NCBI GenBank assembly: GCA_023248155.1
Contig: JAHFFE010000001.1
Location: 148,873-212,872 of the forward strand
Direction of reading: 5' to 3'
Origin: Candidatus Omnitrophota bacterium
GTDB taxonomy: Bacteria; Omnitrophota; Gorgyraeia; 1-14-0-20-64-10
Length of the DNA stretch: 64,000 nt
Numbering within the stretch: position 1 is the stretch's first letter; each line of letters begins with the position of its first letter. This document shows positions 50,423-60,839 of this stretch, piece after piece. The position numbers and the translations under genes are program-made. Below the pieces are notes generated by a model. It saw nothing but the letters and a program-made list of their open reading frames with translations. It was not told where the DNA came from and searched no databases.

Positions 50423-50438
50423 GTGTTAAAATAACTTT

Positions 50439-51839
50439 ATGGCCGCCGATCATCTGATCGCGAAAATAGATTCTGCTTCTACGATGCTGCTGGCCGTCGC
50501 GAATTTTATGCGCGGCAAGGATATTGACGGCCTTGGGTTTGTGCCGTCGAGCGCATTTCTGGCAATCGCCGCCAACCTCCCGCCCAAACCGTTGCGGCAA
50601 TATGTCTATATCCTTGGCGGACGGAAAGAGGCGGCTTTGCCGGAAGTCGTTGCCAACCTGAAAGCCGAAGAATTATCCCGCTGGGCCGTCAAACATTATT
50701 CACGGCGGCTCACCGCTCCGGCCGTCATGATCGGTTCATCCAACGGCGCGCTGGTCCATCTCTGCACCGCTTTAAAAATACCCTGGCTTCCTCAAACGGT
50801 GCTGGTTCCGATCCGCCGCCCGGCGCGGATGCTTCCCGATGAGTTGAAGGGTGATATGGAATCATTTCGCGATGCGGCCGGCCGCCTGCTTGAGCGCAAC
50901 CCGGAACTGCAGGTCAATCAAATGCACGACCCGGTGCAGGACCGGCTGATGGTCCAGCAGATGGGTTATTTCCGCGTGAAGCGCCTGACACTGGGCAAGA
51001 CCTACGAACAGTTTTTGGAACGGACACTGCCGCCGGGCGGAACGATTTTTGTTTCGGAATGCACGTATAGCTGGCCCATGGCGCCGGTGGGTCCACGTCA
51101 TTTTTTTCAGGTGGGCGGCTACGGTGGAGTGGAAGCGAAGGAATATCTGGCGGGCAGTTCGCGCATTTCGAAATTTCTTCGTAAAGACCGGTCGAAACTG
51201 CGGCACTGGGATGTTCCGGTATCGAATATTGAAAAACCGGAAGCCGAATGGGGTTTTGAACCGTCGCTGTTGGACGATATACGCCGCATCGCCAAAAAAC
51301 GCCATTACAAAATCTGCCGCATCCGTTACCACGACCCGGCTGCCGTCAGTCCGTTTGTGGCCGATCTTTACCGATGGTGGTATGCAGAGAGGGGCATTGC
51401 AGCGTCGAGACTCTTCGCAGAATCTTTTTTGCTGATGGACCCCTGGTGGTGCCTGAAGACCGGCTCCGTTCCTTTCTGGAAAGTATTTAATACCGGCCGT
51501 TCCGCCGATGCGCTTCGCGCTTATATTAAACGGCGGGGACCGTTCGACGAGATCTACATCACATTATTCGCCAATTCGATTAAAGGAATTGACCAGACTC
51601 CGATTAAAGAGTGGAAGACGATTTTTAAACAGGCGCGTAAAAAGGGAGCGTTCGTCGGTGTTGCCGAAAGCGCTTATCCGTATGACCTGGGTGTTTTCCT
51701 GCGGTTCCATCTCGATTTAAAGAAGAGAATGAGCGAACGGCTTCCCATGCCGAAATCTCTGACGCTGAAAGATCTGGAGCGGTTCAGAAAGACCGCGCCG
51801 GGCCGCGATCGCTCCGCGCAGTGGATTCACGAGAATTAG
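50439..51839 (+). CDS. hypothetical protein
   Basis: 466-aa ORF divergent from the glycosidase gene; no motif recognised. Confidence 0.45.
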   Translation: MAADHLIAKIDSASTMLLAVANFMRGKDIDGLGFVPSSAFLAIAANLPPKPLRQYVYILGGRKEAALPEVVANLKAEELSRWAVKHYSRRLTAPAVMIGSSNGALVHLCTALKIPWLPQTVLVPIRRPARMLPDELKGDMESFRDAAGRLLERNPELQVNQMHDPVQDRLMVQQMGYFRVKRLTLGKTYEQFLERTLPPGGTIFVSECTYSWPMAPVGPRHFFQVGGYGGVEAKEYLAGSSRISKFLRKDRSKLRHWDVPVSNIEKPEAEWGFEPSLLDDIRRIAKKRHYKICRIRYHDPAAVSPFVADLYRWWYAERGIAASRLFAESFLLMDPWWCLKTGSVPFWKVFNTGRSADALRAYIKRRGPFDEIYITLFANSIKGIDQTPIKEWKTIFKQARKKGAFVGVAESAYPYDLGVFLRFHLDLKKRMSERLPMPKSLTLKDLERFRKTAPGRDRSAQWIHEN

Positions 51840-52497
51840 GCAGCAAATCACAAAACCAAAAACCGTCCCGCTCGACGATCTCGCCCTTAGAAACACCCAC
51901 CGGTTTTTTGAAAATCGGCCCGTCGTAAACAAAAGTATGAAACTCGCCGTTCTCTCCGCAGGGGTCGCATGTGGCGGGCAGATCATTCAGCAGCGCTTCA
52001 TCAAAATCACGTCCGCAGAACGACGGGTTAATTTGTTTGGGATCAATGCAGACTAAAATGGTTTTAAACCCGTCGCGAATAAATTCGCGCGCCAATGCTG
52101 TCGTATTTTTTCCCCAGACCGGATAAATTGCTTCCATGCCGACTTTGGCCAGATTTTTATCGCGGTAGGCGCGGATATCTTCCAGAAACAGATCACCGAA
52201 CGCCATGCGGCGCACGCCGGCCGCTTTATGTTTTAACATCGCCGCCTCCATCTTTTGTTCATACAGCTCGTTGGAGCAGTGGGGAGGAATTCCGATTTTT
52301 TCCAGCGGCAGGCCGAGCGCTTCCGCTTGTTGTTCCAGCAGTGAGCAGCGGACGCCGTGCATGCTGATCCGGTCGTATTCGTCGGTCACGGTAGTCAGCA
52401 GCGCACGGACTTCCAGCGCCGGATTTTTTAAGACGGCCTGCAGTCCCAGCGAGCTGTCTTTGCCGCCGCTCCATCCAAACAAAATTGGCTCCCGCAT
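51784..52497 (-). CDS. PP-loop ATP pyrophosphatase, Dph6/MJ0570-like (DUF71)
   Basis: N-terminal SGGKDS PP-loop; 3' end overlaps the convergent neighbour. Confidence 0.7.
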   Translation of the reverse strand: MREPILFGWSGGKDSSLGLQAVLKNPALEVRALLTTVTDEYDRISMHGVRCSLLEQQAEALGLPLEKIGIPPHCSNELYEQKMEAAMLKHKAAGVRRMAFGDLFLEDIRAYRDKNLAKVGMEAIYPVWGKNTTALAREFIRDGFKTILVCIDPKQINPSFCGRDFDEALLNDLPATCDPCGENGEFHTFVYDGPIFKKPVGVSKGEIVERDGFWFCDLLPNSRESTARSDRGPARSF

Positions 52498-52540
52498 GAT
52501 TTCTATTTTCTCAGACTCGAAGTTAGTTCACAATAGAGAC

Positions 52541-52927
52541 ATGAAGAGCCTTCAGATTATCTGGGGTACTTTCATTACTGCCACATTCATCTATCTGTTT
52601 ATGGCATTTTTCGTCGTTCATGATGCGGCCAGTCCTTCCGTTTCAGCTCAAACGATGACGCCCATATTCTTGTTTCTTTCTGTTGTTCTGACCGCAGTTA
52701 TTTTCATGATAAAACAGTTGCGCTTGCTAAAAACTTATCAAGCTTATGTGCTCGTCCGGGTTGCATTGGCGGAAGCGATCGTGATTTATGGGTTAGTGGC
52801 ACGATTTTTGGGAATGCCGAAAACGCTCTTTCTGCTGTTTTGGGCCTGGGGGCTGGTTTTGTTGTTATTTGTAGTTCGTCCGTCGGAAGCCGACCAGGAC
52901 GACTACAAAAGGCTTACCGGCGCATAA
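52541..52927 (+). CDS. small membrane protein (3-4 TM)
   Basis: 128 aa from the ATG at 52541, hydrophobic helices. Confidence 0.45.
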   Translation: MKSLQIIWGTFITATFIYLFMAFFVVHDAASPSVSAQTMTPIFLFLSVVLTAVIFMIKQLRLLKTYQAYVLVRVALAEAIVIYGLVARFLGMPKTLFLLFWAWGLVLLLFVVRPSEADQDDYKRLTGA

Positions 52928-52977
52928 CGATTTCCGTAAACAAATCAAATAAATTGTGAACGAGGAGTTTACAAGCA

Positions 52978-53400
52978 ATGGTTGAGATGGAAATTGTTTA
53001 TGAAGGAAAACTCCGCTGCGAAGCGACGCACGGCCCATCGGGCGAGAAACTGAGAACCGACGCGCCCAAAGACAACAACGGGGAAGGCCGCTATTTTTCT
53101 CCGACCGACCTAGTGGCTGCGGCATTGGGCAGCTGCGTTTTAACCACGATGGCAATCGCCGCGCAGCGGCACGGCATTGACTTGGCCGGCACGCGCGCGC
53201 ATGTCACCAAACAGATGCAGGACAAGCCGGTCCGTAAAATCGGTCAGCTGGAGCTGACGGTCACTTTTGCGCATTCTTTTCCAGAACCGCAGCGCGTGCT
53301 TTTGGAGAGTGCGGCGAAGGCATGCCCCGTGCACCAAAGTCTGGACGCCGGCATTGATAACCCCATTCATTTTGTGTATCCGGAAGGAACTTCCGCGTGA
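52978..53400 (+). CDS. OsmC/Ohr family peroxiredoxin-like protein
   Basis: 140 aa; conserved Cys pair (LGSCVLTT ... KACPVHQSL). Confidence 0.8.
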   Translation: MVEMEIVYEGKLRCEATHGPSGEKLRTDAPKDNNGEGRYFSPTDLVAAALGSCVLTTMAIAAQRHGIDLAGTRAHVTKQMQDKPVRKIGQLELTVTFAHSFPEPQRVLLESAAKACPVHQSLDAGIDNPIHFVYPEGTSA

Positions 53401-54116
53401 GCGCCGCACCCACTGCTTCCAGCGCAAAAATTATCGTCGTGGAAGATGAAAAATCAATCGCGCAGGTTATTTCTTATAATCTGGAAAAAGAAGGCTACCA
53501 TGTCCGTTTGTTCAAAGATGGCGCTCAGGCCTGGCAGGAAATTCAAAAAGAAATTCCGGACCTGATCCTGCTCGACTGGATGGTGCCCGGCATGGACGGC
53601 CTCGAGATTTGCCGGCAGGTCCGCGCAAATCCGCGCACGGCGCATATCCCGGTGATTATGCTGACCGCGAAAACGCAGGAAACCGACAAAATCGTCGGGC
53701 TCGAAATGGGCGCCGACGATTATATTCCCAAACCGTTCAGTCCGCGCGAATTGACGGCGCGCGTGAAAGCGGTATTGCGCCGGTCAAAACCGGCTCACGC
53801 CGCGGCTGCTCTCTGGCGCTGCTGGAATATTGAAGCCGACTGGGAGCGTCGGATCGTGAAGATCAAAGGAAAACCGGTTGAGATGACCCGCAAAGAATTT
53901 GATCTGCTGCACGTATTGGCCGACGCGCATGGCCGCGTGCTTTCGCGCGACCGCCTGCTGGAGAAAGTCTGGGGGTATGATCAGGCCGAAGAAATTCAAA
54001 GCCGCACCGTTGATCTGCATGTCAGCCAACTGCGCCAGAAACTCGGTGCCGACGGAAAACGGATTTTAACGGTGACCGGTTCGGGCTACCGCCTTCAGAT
54101 GCCAGACGAGGAATAG
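53397..54116 (+). CDS. phoB: phosphate regulon response regulator (OmpR/PhoB family)
   Basis: Receiver domain (IIVVEDE...LLDWMVPGMDG) plus a winged-helix output domain; directly upstream of a PhoR-like kinase. Confidence 0.85.
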   Translation: MSAAPTASSAKIIVVEDEKSIAQVISYNLEKEGYHVRLFKDGAQAWQEIQKEIPDLILLDWMVPGMDGLEICRQVRANPRTAHIPVIMLTAKTQETDKIVGLEMGADDYIPKPFSPRELTARVKAVLRRSKPAHAAAALWRCWNIEADWERRIVKIKGKPVEMTRKEFDLLHVLADAHGRVLSRDRLLEKVWGYDQAEEIQSRTVDLHVSQLRQKLGADGKRILTVTGSGYRLQMPDEE

Positions 54117-54119
54117 CAG

Positions 54120-55499
54120 GTGCTTTCCTTTATCCGCAAACGGCTGGCCTGGAAACTGACCTTTGGGTACCTGTTGGTTTGCAGCGCCGTTTTAATCGTC
54201 GTAGCGCCGCTGATTGTTCGCTTGTTGGGTATAACGCTGCTGCCGCCGGTGGGAACCGGCCTCGCTGTCATCTTAGTGCTGTTGGCCGGCCTTATTTTCT
54301 CACTGCGCGTTACGCGTCCGCTGCGCCGCATCACCGACGCCGCGCGAAAATTCTCCGGGGGCGATTTCGACGCGCGTGTCCGGCCGCGCGGCGAAGATGA
54401 AGTGGCTGAGCTGGCCAGAGCATTCAACCAGATGGCCGACCAGTTAAATGAAAAAATCCGCCAGGTTGAGACGGGCCGCAACCAGATTCAGGGAATTCTG
54501 GAAGGAATGATCGAAGGGGTGGTCGTGATCGGCCCCTCCGAAGAACTGTTGCTGATCAATTCAGCCGCGCGTGAGATTCTGTCGATTGAGCATCCGGTTA
54601 AGCCCGGTTCGCTGCTTTGCGAGGTGACGCGCGCTCCTGAAATTCAGGATCTGATCCGCGCCGTATCCGAAACAGGCCGGCCTCAGCTGAAAGAATTGAC
54701 TGTTTACGCGCCGGTCGAACGGATTTTGCGCGCGCAGGCGGCGCCGTACGCGGCAGAATCAGGGCCGGGTGTTTTATTGGTGATGCATGAAATTACCGAT
54801 ATCAAACGGCTGGAGCAGCTGCGCAGGGAGTTCGTGGCCAATGTGTCGCATGAACTCAAAACACCGCTGGCGGCCATCCGCGGCTCGGTAGAAACATTGC
54901 TCGACGGCGCGCTGCAGGATCCGGCGCACAACCGCACATTCGTGAAAGCGATTGCCGAAGAATCGGTCCGACTCGACAGGCTCGTCGATGATCTGTTGAC
55001 ACTGGCACAGATTGAATCGCGCCAGGAACTGGTTCGCCACGAACCGATCCTCATCCAGACTTTTCTGGATCAGGAGTTGCAGCGCTACCTTGCCGTTGCG
55101 CAGCGGGCCCAGGTGACGCTGGAGTGGAGCGTGAATCCCACGTCGCTCTCGTTTCTGGCCGACCGGCGGCAGCTGGCGCAGGCGATCGGCAATTTGACGG
55201 ATAACGCGATCAAATACAATCATCCGGAAGGAACCGTGCGAGTGCAGGCTTTTCGGCAGGGAACCGAAATCTGTTTCCGCGTGGATGATTCAGGCATCGG
55301 CATTCCGGAAGTAGATTTACCGCGCATCTTCGAGCGATTTTACCGCGTCGATAAAGACCGTTCCCGCGAGACCGGCGGCACCGGGCTGGGCCTGGCCATC
55401 GTCAAGCATGTGGCCGAATCGCACGGCGGTTCGGTGCAGGTGATCAGCCGCCCCGGCAGCGGCTCCTGTTTTATTCTGCGCTTTCCCTCTGCTTCCTAA
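54120..55499 (+). CDS. phoR: phosphate regulon sensor histidine kinase
   Basis: TM segments, HAMP, PAS, an H-box SHELKTPLAAIRG and a HATPase_c domain (DDSGIGIP...GTGLGLAIV). Confidence 0.85.
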   Translation: MLSFIRKRLAWKLTFGYLLVCSAVLIVVAPLIVRLLGITLLPPVGTGLAVILVLLAGLIFSLRVTRPLRRITDAARKFSGGDFDARVRPRGEDEVAELARAFNQMADQLNEKIRQVETGRNQIQGILEGMIEGVVVIGPSEELLLINSAAREILSIEHPVKPGSLLCEVTRAPEIQDLIRAVSETGRPQLKELTVYAPVERILRAQAAPYAAESGPGVLLVMHEITDIKRLEQLRREFVANVSHELKTPLAAIRGSVETLLDGALQDPAHNRTFVKAIAEESVRLDRLVDDLLTLAQIESRQELVRHEPILIQTFLDQELQRYLAVAQRAQVTLEWSVNPTSLSFLADRRQLAQAIGNLTDNAIKYNHPEGTVRVQAFRQGTEICFRVDDSGIGIPEVDLPRIFERFYRVDKDRSRETGGTGLGLAIVKHVAESHGGSVQVISRPGSGSCFILRFPSAS

Positions 55500-55516
55500 T
55501 TACAAAACCCTTACGA
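55500..55516 (+). promoter_or_regulatory. Pho-box-like direct repeats TTACAA-N5-TTACGA
   Basis: Two hexamers with 11-bp phasing immediately after the phoR stop, upstream of a small ORF and the porin. Confidence 0.4.
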
Positions 55517-55587
55517 GATCCTCATTTTTTCCTGATGCGTTTCCGCTACTCTGAATGCAATCAAACAATCCAAGGAGAAAACAGCCG

Positions 55588-55809
55588 ATGAGAGACGCTG
55601 AAAAGTTAATGCAGGAAATCCGGATGCAGTTGAATACGTTGCAGGCGTTGTCACGCTACCTGGAATCTCAGGAAAACTGGTCGGAAGAAGATATGACTTA
55701 TTGCCGCAGTACCCTGCGGCGTGTGGCCCGGGAGTTGATTCATGTGAGCCGGGGGCCGTTGGGTGCGGCAGAGGTTTACAGGGTTCAAGTTCAGAAACAG
55801 AATCTTTAA
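55588..55809 (+). CDS. small hypothetical protein
   Basis: 73 aa from ATG 55588 with an AAGGAG RBS. Confidence 0.4.
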   Translation: MRDAEKLMQEIRMQLNTLQALSRYLESQENWSEEDMTYCRSTLRRVARELIHVSRGPLGAAEVYRVQVQKQNL

Positions 55810-55828
55810 AAGGAGGAAGGAAAAAACA

Positions 55829-57160
55829 ATGCAGGTTATCAACAAAACAGTCGCAGCAGTCGCCATCGCCGCCGCTTTTTTTGCGTTGGTTCCATCGGCT
55901 TGGGCGTCGGATACGGACGCGTTATTGAACAAGCTGGTTGAGAAAAGAATCCTGACCGTTGAAGAAGCGCAGGAAGTCCGCAACGAAATGGCCGCGGATG
56001 CGAAGCCGCAGGCCGATGTCCGCGAAGTGGAAATCAAGGAAGTGGTCAAGAAGATGTCCGGCGGAAGCTGGCTGGACAAGGTCAAGTGGGGCGGTGATTT
56101 CCGCTTGCGCCATGAAACACAGATGAGACAGCCTGCGGTTAATCGAAACCGCGAACGGTTCCGGCTGCGGTTCGGATTCACGGCCAAGCCCTGGGATCCG
56201 CTGGAAGTCGGCGTTCGTTTAGCCAGCGGCGCTTCGGGCGACCCGCTCTCCACGAACCAGAGCTTTACGGCTACGTTCGACAAGAAGGCGATTTTCATCG
56301 ACAAAGCCTACGCGAAATATACGCCTTTTATGGCCAGCACAACTCCGCTGTCCGGTTTGAGTATGACCGGTGGAAAAATGGAAAATCCATTTGTAACCAC
56401 TCCGGAAGGAATCGTTTGGGACAGCGATGTGACTCCGGAAGGCGTTGCCATTCAATGGAAAGATCCGGATGCGCTTCCGATACTGCAGAAGTGGTTTGCG
56501 GTCAAGCCGTTTGTCAATGTCGGCGCTTTTCAGATTTCGGAACTCTCAGCCGATGAGGGGGATCCGTCCCTGTTTGGCTACCAGGGCGGCGTCGATATGG
56601 ATTTACCGTGGGGAATCGGTTTTCAGCCTTCGGTGACCTATTATGATTTTGTCGGCATCAAAGGGATTGCCACGTCGAACGTGACGGGCGCTCCGGCCGG
56701 CAACTCCACATTGGCGCCGAGCAAGTTTGCGAATGATTATAACCTGGTCAGCACGCAGGGGAAGCTGACATTCCCGAATATTCTCGGACAGCCGGTCGCG
56801 TTGCTGGCCGATTATACCTATAACAATTTCAAAAATGTAAGTGCCGGCGCCACGGAAGATGCCGTGGATGATGGCGGGGCTTACACTTACGGCGCTGAAA
56901 TCGGCAAGGTGACGGAAAAATTCGGCAGCTGGAAAGCGTTTTTCTTCCACAAGCGGGTTGAGCCGGATTCAACCTTCGGCGCTTTGACCGATTCCGATTT
57001 CGGCGGCGGCGGCACCAACCACAAGGGCTACGTCATGGGCCTGCAACTGGGGTTGAACAAATGGGCTACCGCTGGTGTTAAATATTTCCGCACGGATGAG
57101 ATCGAAGGGGCGCAGAACAAGAACGATACCTTCCAGGCGGACTTAGTGCTGAAGTATTAA
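55829..57160 (+). CDS. putative phosphate-selective porin (OprO/P-like)
   Basis: Signal peptide, then a LLNKLVEKRILTVEEAQEV N-terminal motif typical of Pho-regulon porins; 443 aa; immediately upstream of pstS. Confidence 0.6.
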   Translation: MQVINKTVAAVAIAAAFFALVPSAWASDTDALLNKLVEKRILTVEEAQEVRNEMAADAKPQADVREVEIKEVVKKMSGGSWLDKVKWGGDFRLRHETQMRQPAVNRNRERFRLRFGFTAKPWDPLEVGVRLASGASGDPLSTNQSFTATFDKKAIFIDKAYAKYTPFMASTTPLSGLSMTGGKMENPFVTTPEGIVWDSDVTPEGVAIQWKDPDALPILQKWFAVKPFVNVGAFQISELSADEGDPSLFGYQGGVDMDLPWGIGFQPSVTYYDFVGIKGIATSNVTGAPAGNSTLAPSKFANDYNLVSTQGKLTFPNILGQPVALLADYTYNNFKNVSAGATEDAVDDGGAYTYGAEIGKVTEKFGSWKAFFFHKRVEPDSTFGALTDSDFGGGGTNHKGYVMGLQLGLNKWATAGVKYFRTDEIEGAQNKNDTFQADLVLKY

Positions 57161-57164
57161 TCAG

Positions 57165-57192
57165 CTTACAGGAACCTTACAGGCACATTACA
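57165..57192 (+). promoter_or_regulatory. Pho-box-like triple direct repeat TTACAG-N5-TTACAG-N5-TTACAA
   Basis: Hexamers start at 57165, 57176 and 57187 (11-bp phasing), about 45 nt upstream of the pstS start; they resemble the TT(A/T/C)ACA PhoP/PhoB consensus. Confidence 0.5.
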
Positions 57193-57234
57193 AAAGAGAG
57201 ACTCTGAACCGCTAGAGTGAACAGGAGAAAAGCG

Positions 57235-58257
57235 ATGATCAAGAAACAAGCCTCGATAATGCTGATGACCGCGCTGATCGGGCTGGCCACGACGGCCGCC
57301 TGGGCGAAGATTCAGTTGATTAACGGAGCGGGCGCCACATTCCCATACCCGATCTATTCCAAGTGGTTTTCGGAATATGCCAAAGCCGAAGGGTCGGTCA
57401 ACTTCAATTACCAGTCGATCGGCTCGGGCGGCGGCGTAAAACAGCTCTCGGCCGGTACCGTTGATTTCGGCGCGTCCGATGCGCCGATGACCGATCTGGA
57501 GATGCAGCAGGCCAAGGGGAAGGTGCTTCATTTCCCGAGTGTGATGGGCGGCGTGGTTCCTAGCTATAACCTGCCCGGCAATCCGAAGTTGAATTTCAGT
57601 CAGGCGGCGCTGGCCGGGATTTTTCTCGGCAAGATCGACCGGTGGAATCACGCTCTGCTGGCGAAGGATAACCCGGGCGTTACGCTGCCGGATGCTCCGA
57701 TCGCGGTGGTTCACCGGTCCGACGGATCGGGTACTACCTATGTGTTCACCGACTTTCTCTCCAAGGCGAGCGCCGAGTGGAAAAGCCGGGTGGGTACCAA
57801 TAAAGCGGTCAGCTGGCCCGTCGGGTTGGGCGGCAAAGGCAATGAAGGGGTGGCCGGTCTCGTAAAGCAGACGCCTAATTCGATCGGATACCTCGAGCTG
57901 GGCTACGCGCAGCACAATAATCTCGCGTTCGGCATGGTCCAGAATAAAGAAGGAAAGTTTGTCGATTGCAGCGCCGATACTGTTTCGAGCGCGGCCGCTT
58001 CAGCCAAAATTCCGGCTGATTTCCGCGTTTCAATCACGAACGCTCCCGGCGCTGACAGCTATCCGATTTCCACCTTCACCTGGATATTGGTTTATCAGAA
58101 GCAGGAAAATCAAGTAACCGGAGAAGCGTTGGTCTCGTTTTTGAAATGGATGCTCAGTGAAGGACAGAAATTCGCCGAGCCGTTGGGCTACGCTCCGCTT
58201 CCGGCCGAAGTTGTCCGAATGGAGGAGGATGCGCTCAAGCAGATCCAGATCGGGTAA
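57235..58257 (+). CDS. pstS: phosphate ABC transporter substrate-binding protein
   Basis: Signal peptide; GAGATFPYPIYSKW and SDGSGTTYVFT motifs. Confidence 0.9.
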   Translation: MIKKQASIMLMTALIGLATTAAWAKIQLINGAGATFPYPIYSKWFSEYAKAEGSVNFNYQSIGSGGGVKQLSAGTVDFGASDAPMTDLEMQQAKGKVLHFPSVMGGVVPSYNLPGNPKLNFSQAALAGIFLGKIDRWNHALLAKDNPGVTLPDAPIAVVHRSDGSGTTYVFTDFLSKASAEWKSRVGTNKAVSWPVGLGGKGNEGVAGLVKQTPNSIGYLELGYAQHNNLAFGMVQNKEGKFVDCSADTVSSAAASAKIPADFRVSITNAPGADSYPISTFTWILVYQKQENQVTGEALVSFLKWMLSEGQKFAEPLGYAPLPAEVVRMEEDALKQIQIG

Positions 58258-59167
58258 CTGGGGCGATCGCTTATTCGGCGGTGCCAGCCTCGGATTCGCC
58301 CTCCTGATCCTTGTTCTGGTCGCCGTGCTCGTCGGAGAGCTGGCCTGGAATTCCAGGCTGGCTCTCCGCGCTTTTGGCCCGGCATTTCTCTGGTCGCAGA
58401 ACTGGGACCCGGTACAGGAACTGTTCGGCGCGCTTCCATTTATCTACGGCACGCTGGCTACGTCGGTTGTCGCGCTGCTGATTTCAATTCCGCTGGGTCT
58501 TGGAACGGCGATTTTTCTGGTTGAGCTGGCCCCGCCGCGCGTCTCAGAAACTATCAGTTTTCTCGTCGAGCTGCTGGCTGCGATCCCCAGCGTGATCTAC
58601 GGGCTGGTCGGGTTGTTCGTCGTGGTTCCGTGGGTTCGCACCGCTTTTTGTCCGTCGGTATCGGCGGCGCTGGGCTGGATCCCGATCTTTCAGGCCAGTC
58701 CTTATGGCGTGGGAATTTTTACAGCAGGCATTATTCTGGCTGTGATGATCGTTCCGTTTATTACTACGGTTTCGCGCGAGGTTCTGCTGATGGTTCCTCG
58801 TTCTCAGCGGGAAGCGGCGCTGGCGCTGGGCGCCACCCATTGGGAAATGGTCTCGACCGCTATCCTGCCGTATGCGCGGTCCGGAATCGCCGGGTCGATT
58901 TTTCTGGCATTGGCCCGCGCGCTGGGCGAAACGATGGCCGTCACGATGGTGATCGGCAACCGCCCTGAAATCCGCGCCTCGCTCTTTGAGCCGGGCTACA
59001 CGATGGCCGCGGTGCTGGCCAATGAATTTTCAGAGGCGACCTCCGATTTGCATCTGCACGCGCTGATTGAAATCGGGCTGGTTTTGTTCGTCATCACGAT
59101 TATCGTCAACGGACTGGCCCGTTTGCTGTTGCTTAAATTAGGCCGGACCACCGAAGGACGATCTTAA
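58229..59167 (+). CDS. pstC: phosphate ABC transporter permease PstC
   Basis: GDRLF...FGPAFLW N-terminal region like PstC; start taken at ATG 58229, so it overlaps the pstS stop. Confidence 0.8.
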   Translation: MRSSRSRSGNWGDRLFGGASLGFALLILVLVAVLVGELAWNSRLALRAFGPAFLWSQNWDPVQELFGALPFIYGTLATSVVALLISIPLGLGTAIFLVELAPPRVSETISFLVELLAAIPSVIYGLVGLFVVVPWVRTAFCPSVSAALGWIPIFQASPYGVGIFTAGIILAVMIVPFITTVSREVLLMVPRSQREAALALGATHWEMVSTAILPYARSGIAGSIFLALARALGETMAVTMVIGNRPEIRASLFEPGYTMAAVLANEFSEATSDLHLHALIEIGLVLFVITIIVNGLARLLLLKLGRTTEGRS

Positions 59168-59168
59168 A

Positions 59169-60017
59169 ATGAAAAGCGATTCAATGACGCTTCGCCGGTG
59201 GGTCAACCGTGTAGCGTTGACATTGACCGGTCTCTGCGCGCTCGTGACCGTTTCAACGCTCTTTTTTCTGTTGGGCTATATCACGCTCAATGGGATCGGA
59301 GCGATCAACTGGGAATTTCTCACGCAGCTGCCCAAGCCCGTCGGCGAGACCGGCGGAGGGATGGCCAACGCCATTGTCGGAACCGCCAAGCTGCTGGGGC
59401 TTGCCAGCCTGATCGGAGTTCCGATCGGATTTTTTGGCGGCATCTATCTGTCCGAATACGGCCACGGCCGATTGGCGTTCTGGGTGCGGTACGCGTCGGA
59501 TGTGCTTAATGGCGTCCCGTCGATCGTGATCGGTATTTTTGCTTATATTTTGATTGTGCTTCCGATGAAAGGTTTTTCAACGCTGGCCGGCGGATTCGCG
59601 CTGGGAATCATGATGATTCCGATCGCGGTCCGGACCACTGAAGAATTTTTGCGGCTCATTCCCGCTTCCGTTCGTGAAGCGTCTTACGCACTGGGGGTTC
59701 GTCAATGGAAAACAACAGTCTTTGTCGTGATTCCGGCCGCCGCGCGCGGTCTGATGACCGGAATTCTGCTCGACCTGGCACGCGTGGCTGGGGAGACGGC
59801 GCCGCTGTTATTCACGGCGTTGAACAACCGGATCTGGAGCCATGGGTGGACGGAACCAACCTCGTCGCTTCCGGTGATGATTTACACCTACGCGATCTCT
59901 CCCTACGAAGACTGGCACCGCCAGGCCTGGGCGGCGGCGCTGGTGTTGATGTTGCTCGTGTTGGTAGTCAACGGCGGCGCGAGGATTCTTCTGCCGCGCC
60001 GGAGGGAAACGGCATGA
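59169..60017 (+). CDS. pstA: phosphate ABC transporter permease PstA
   Basis: 282 aa; EAS...G ABC-permease signature region. Confidence 0.85.
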   Translation: MKSDSMTLRRWVNRVALTLTGLCALVTVSTLFFLLGYITLNGIGAINWEFLTQLPKPVGETGGGMANAIVGTAKLLGLASLIGVPIGFFGGIYLSEYGHGRLAFWVRYASDVLNGVPSIVIGIFAYILIVLPMKGFSTLAGGFALGIMMIPIAVRTTEEFLRLIPASVREASYALGVRQWKTTVFVVIPAAARGLMTGILLDLARVAGETAPLLFTALNNRIWSHGWTEPTSSLPVMIYTYAISPYEDWHRQAWAAALVLMLLVLVVNGGARILLPRRRETA

Positions 60018-60838
60018 GCACTCCTTCTGAACCGGTGATGCCGCCGCGGATTACGCCTCCCGCAGAAGAACCCAGGGTTGAAGGCGCCGCATTGGCGGTG
60101 GAGAAACTCAACGCCTGGTTTGGTTCCAATCATGTCGTCAAGGATATTTCAATTTCGTTTCCAAAACATCATGTGACCGCGTTGATCGGGCCGTCCGGCT
60201 GCGGTAAATCGACCTTCATCCGCTGTTTGAACCGGATGCACGAAGTGGTGCCCGGCGCGCGCGTCAGCGGATCGGTTTTGCTCGAGGGAGACAACATCTA
60301 TGCCGAGGGGGTTGACCCAGTCCGGATTCGCCGGCGTATCGGCATGGTATTCCAGAAACCGAACCCGTTTCCGACGATGTCGATCTACGACAATGTCGCG
60401 GCGGGCCTGCGCTTAAATGGCACGAACCGCGTCTCCGTGCTCGATGCCGCCGTCGAGGAAGGTCTGCATCTTGCCGCGCTCTGGGATGAAGTGAAAGACA
60501 AACTGCGCGCACCCGGCACCAGCCTTTCAGGCGGGCAGCAGCAGCGGTTGTGCATCGCCCGCGCGCTGGCCGTCAAACCGGAAATCCTGCTGATGGACGA
60601 GCCTTGTTCAGCGCTCGATCCGATCGCTACCGGAAAGATTGAAGAATTGATTTATCAGCTGCGCGAACGCTACACTGTGGGTATCGTCACGCACAACATG
60701 CAGCAGGCGGCGCGCGTTTCTTCGTTTACCGGATTTCTTTTAATGGGGGAACTGGTGGAGTTTGGGGCGACCGGCAAGATTTTCACGAACCCGAAAGATT
60801 CCCGCACGGAAGCGTACATTACCGGGAGGTTTGGTTAA
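60014..60838 (+). CDS. pstB: phosphate ABC transporter ATP-binding protein
   Basis: Walker [10 protein letters not shown], signature LSGGQQQRL, Walker B LLMDEP. Confidence 0.9.
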   Translation: MSTPSEPVMPPRITPPAEEPRVEGAALAVEKLNAWFGSNHVVKDISISFPKHHVTALIGPSGCGKSTFIRCLNRMHEVVPGARVSGSVLLEGDNIYAEGVDPVRIRRRIGMVFQKPNPFPTMSIYDNVAAGLRLNGTNRVSVLDAAVEEGLHLAALWDEVKDKLRAPGTSLSGGQQQRLCIARALAVKPEILLMDEPCSALDPIATGKIEELIYQLRERYTVGIVTHNMQQAARVSSFTGFLLMGELVEFGATGKIFTNPKDSRTEAYITGRFG

Positions 60839-60839
60839 A

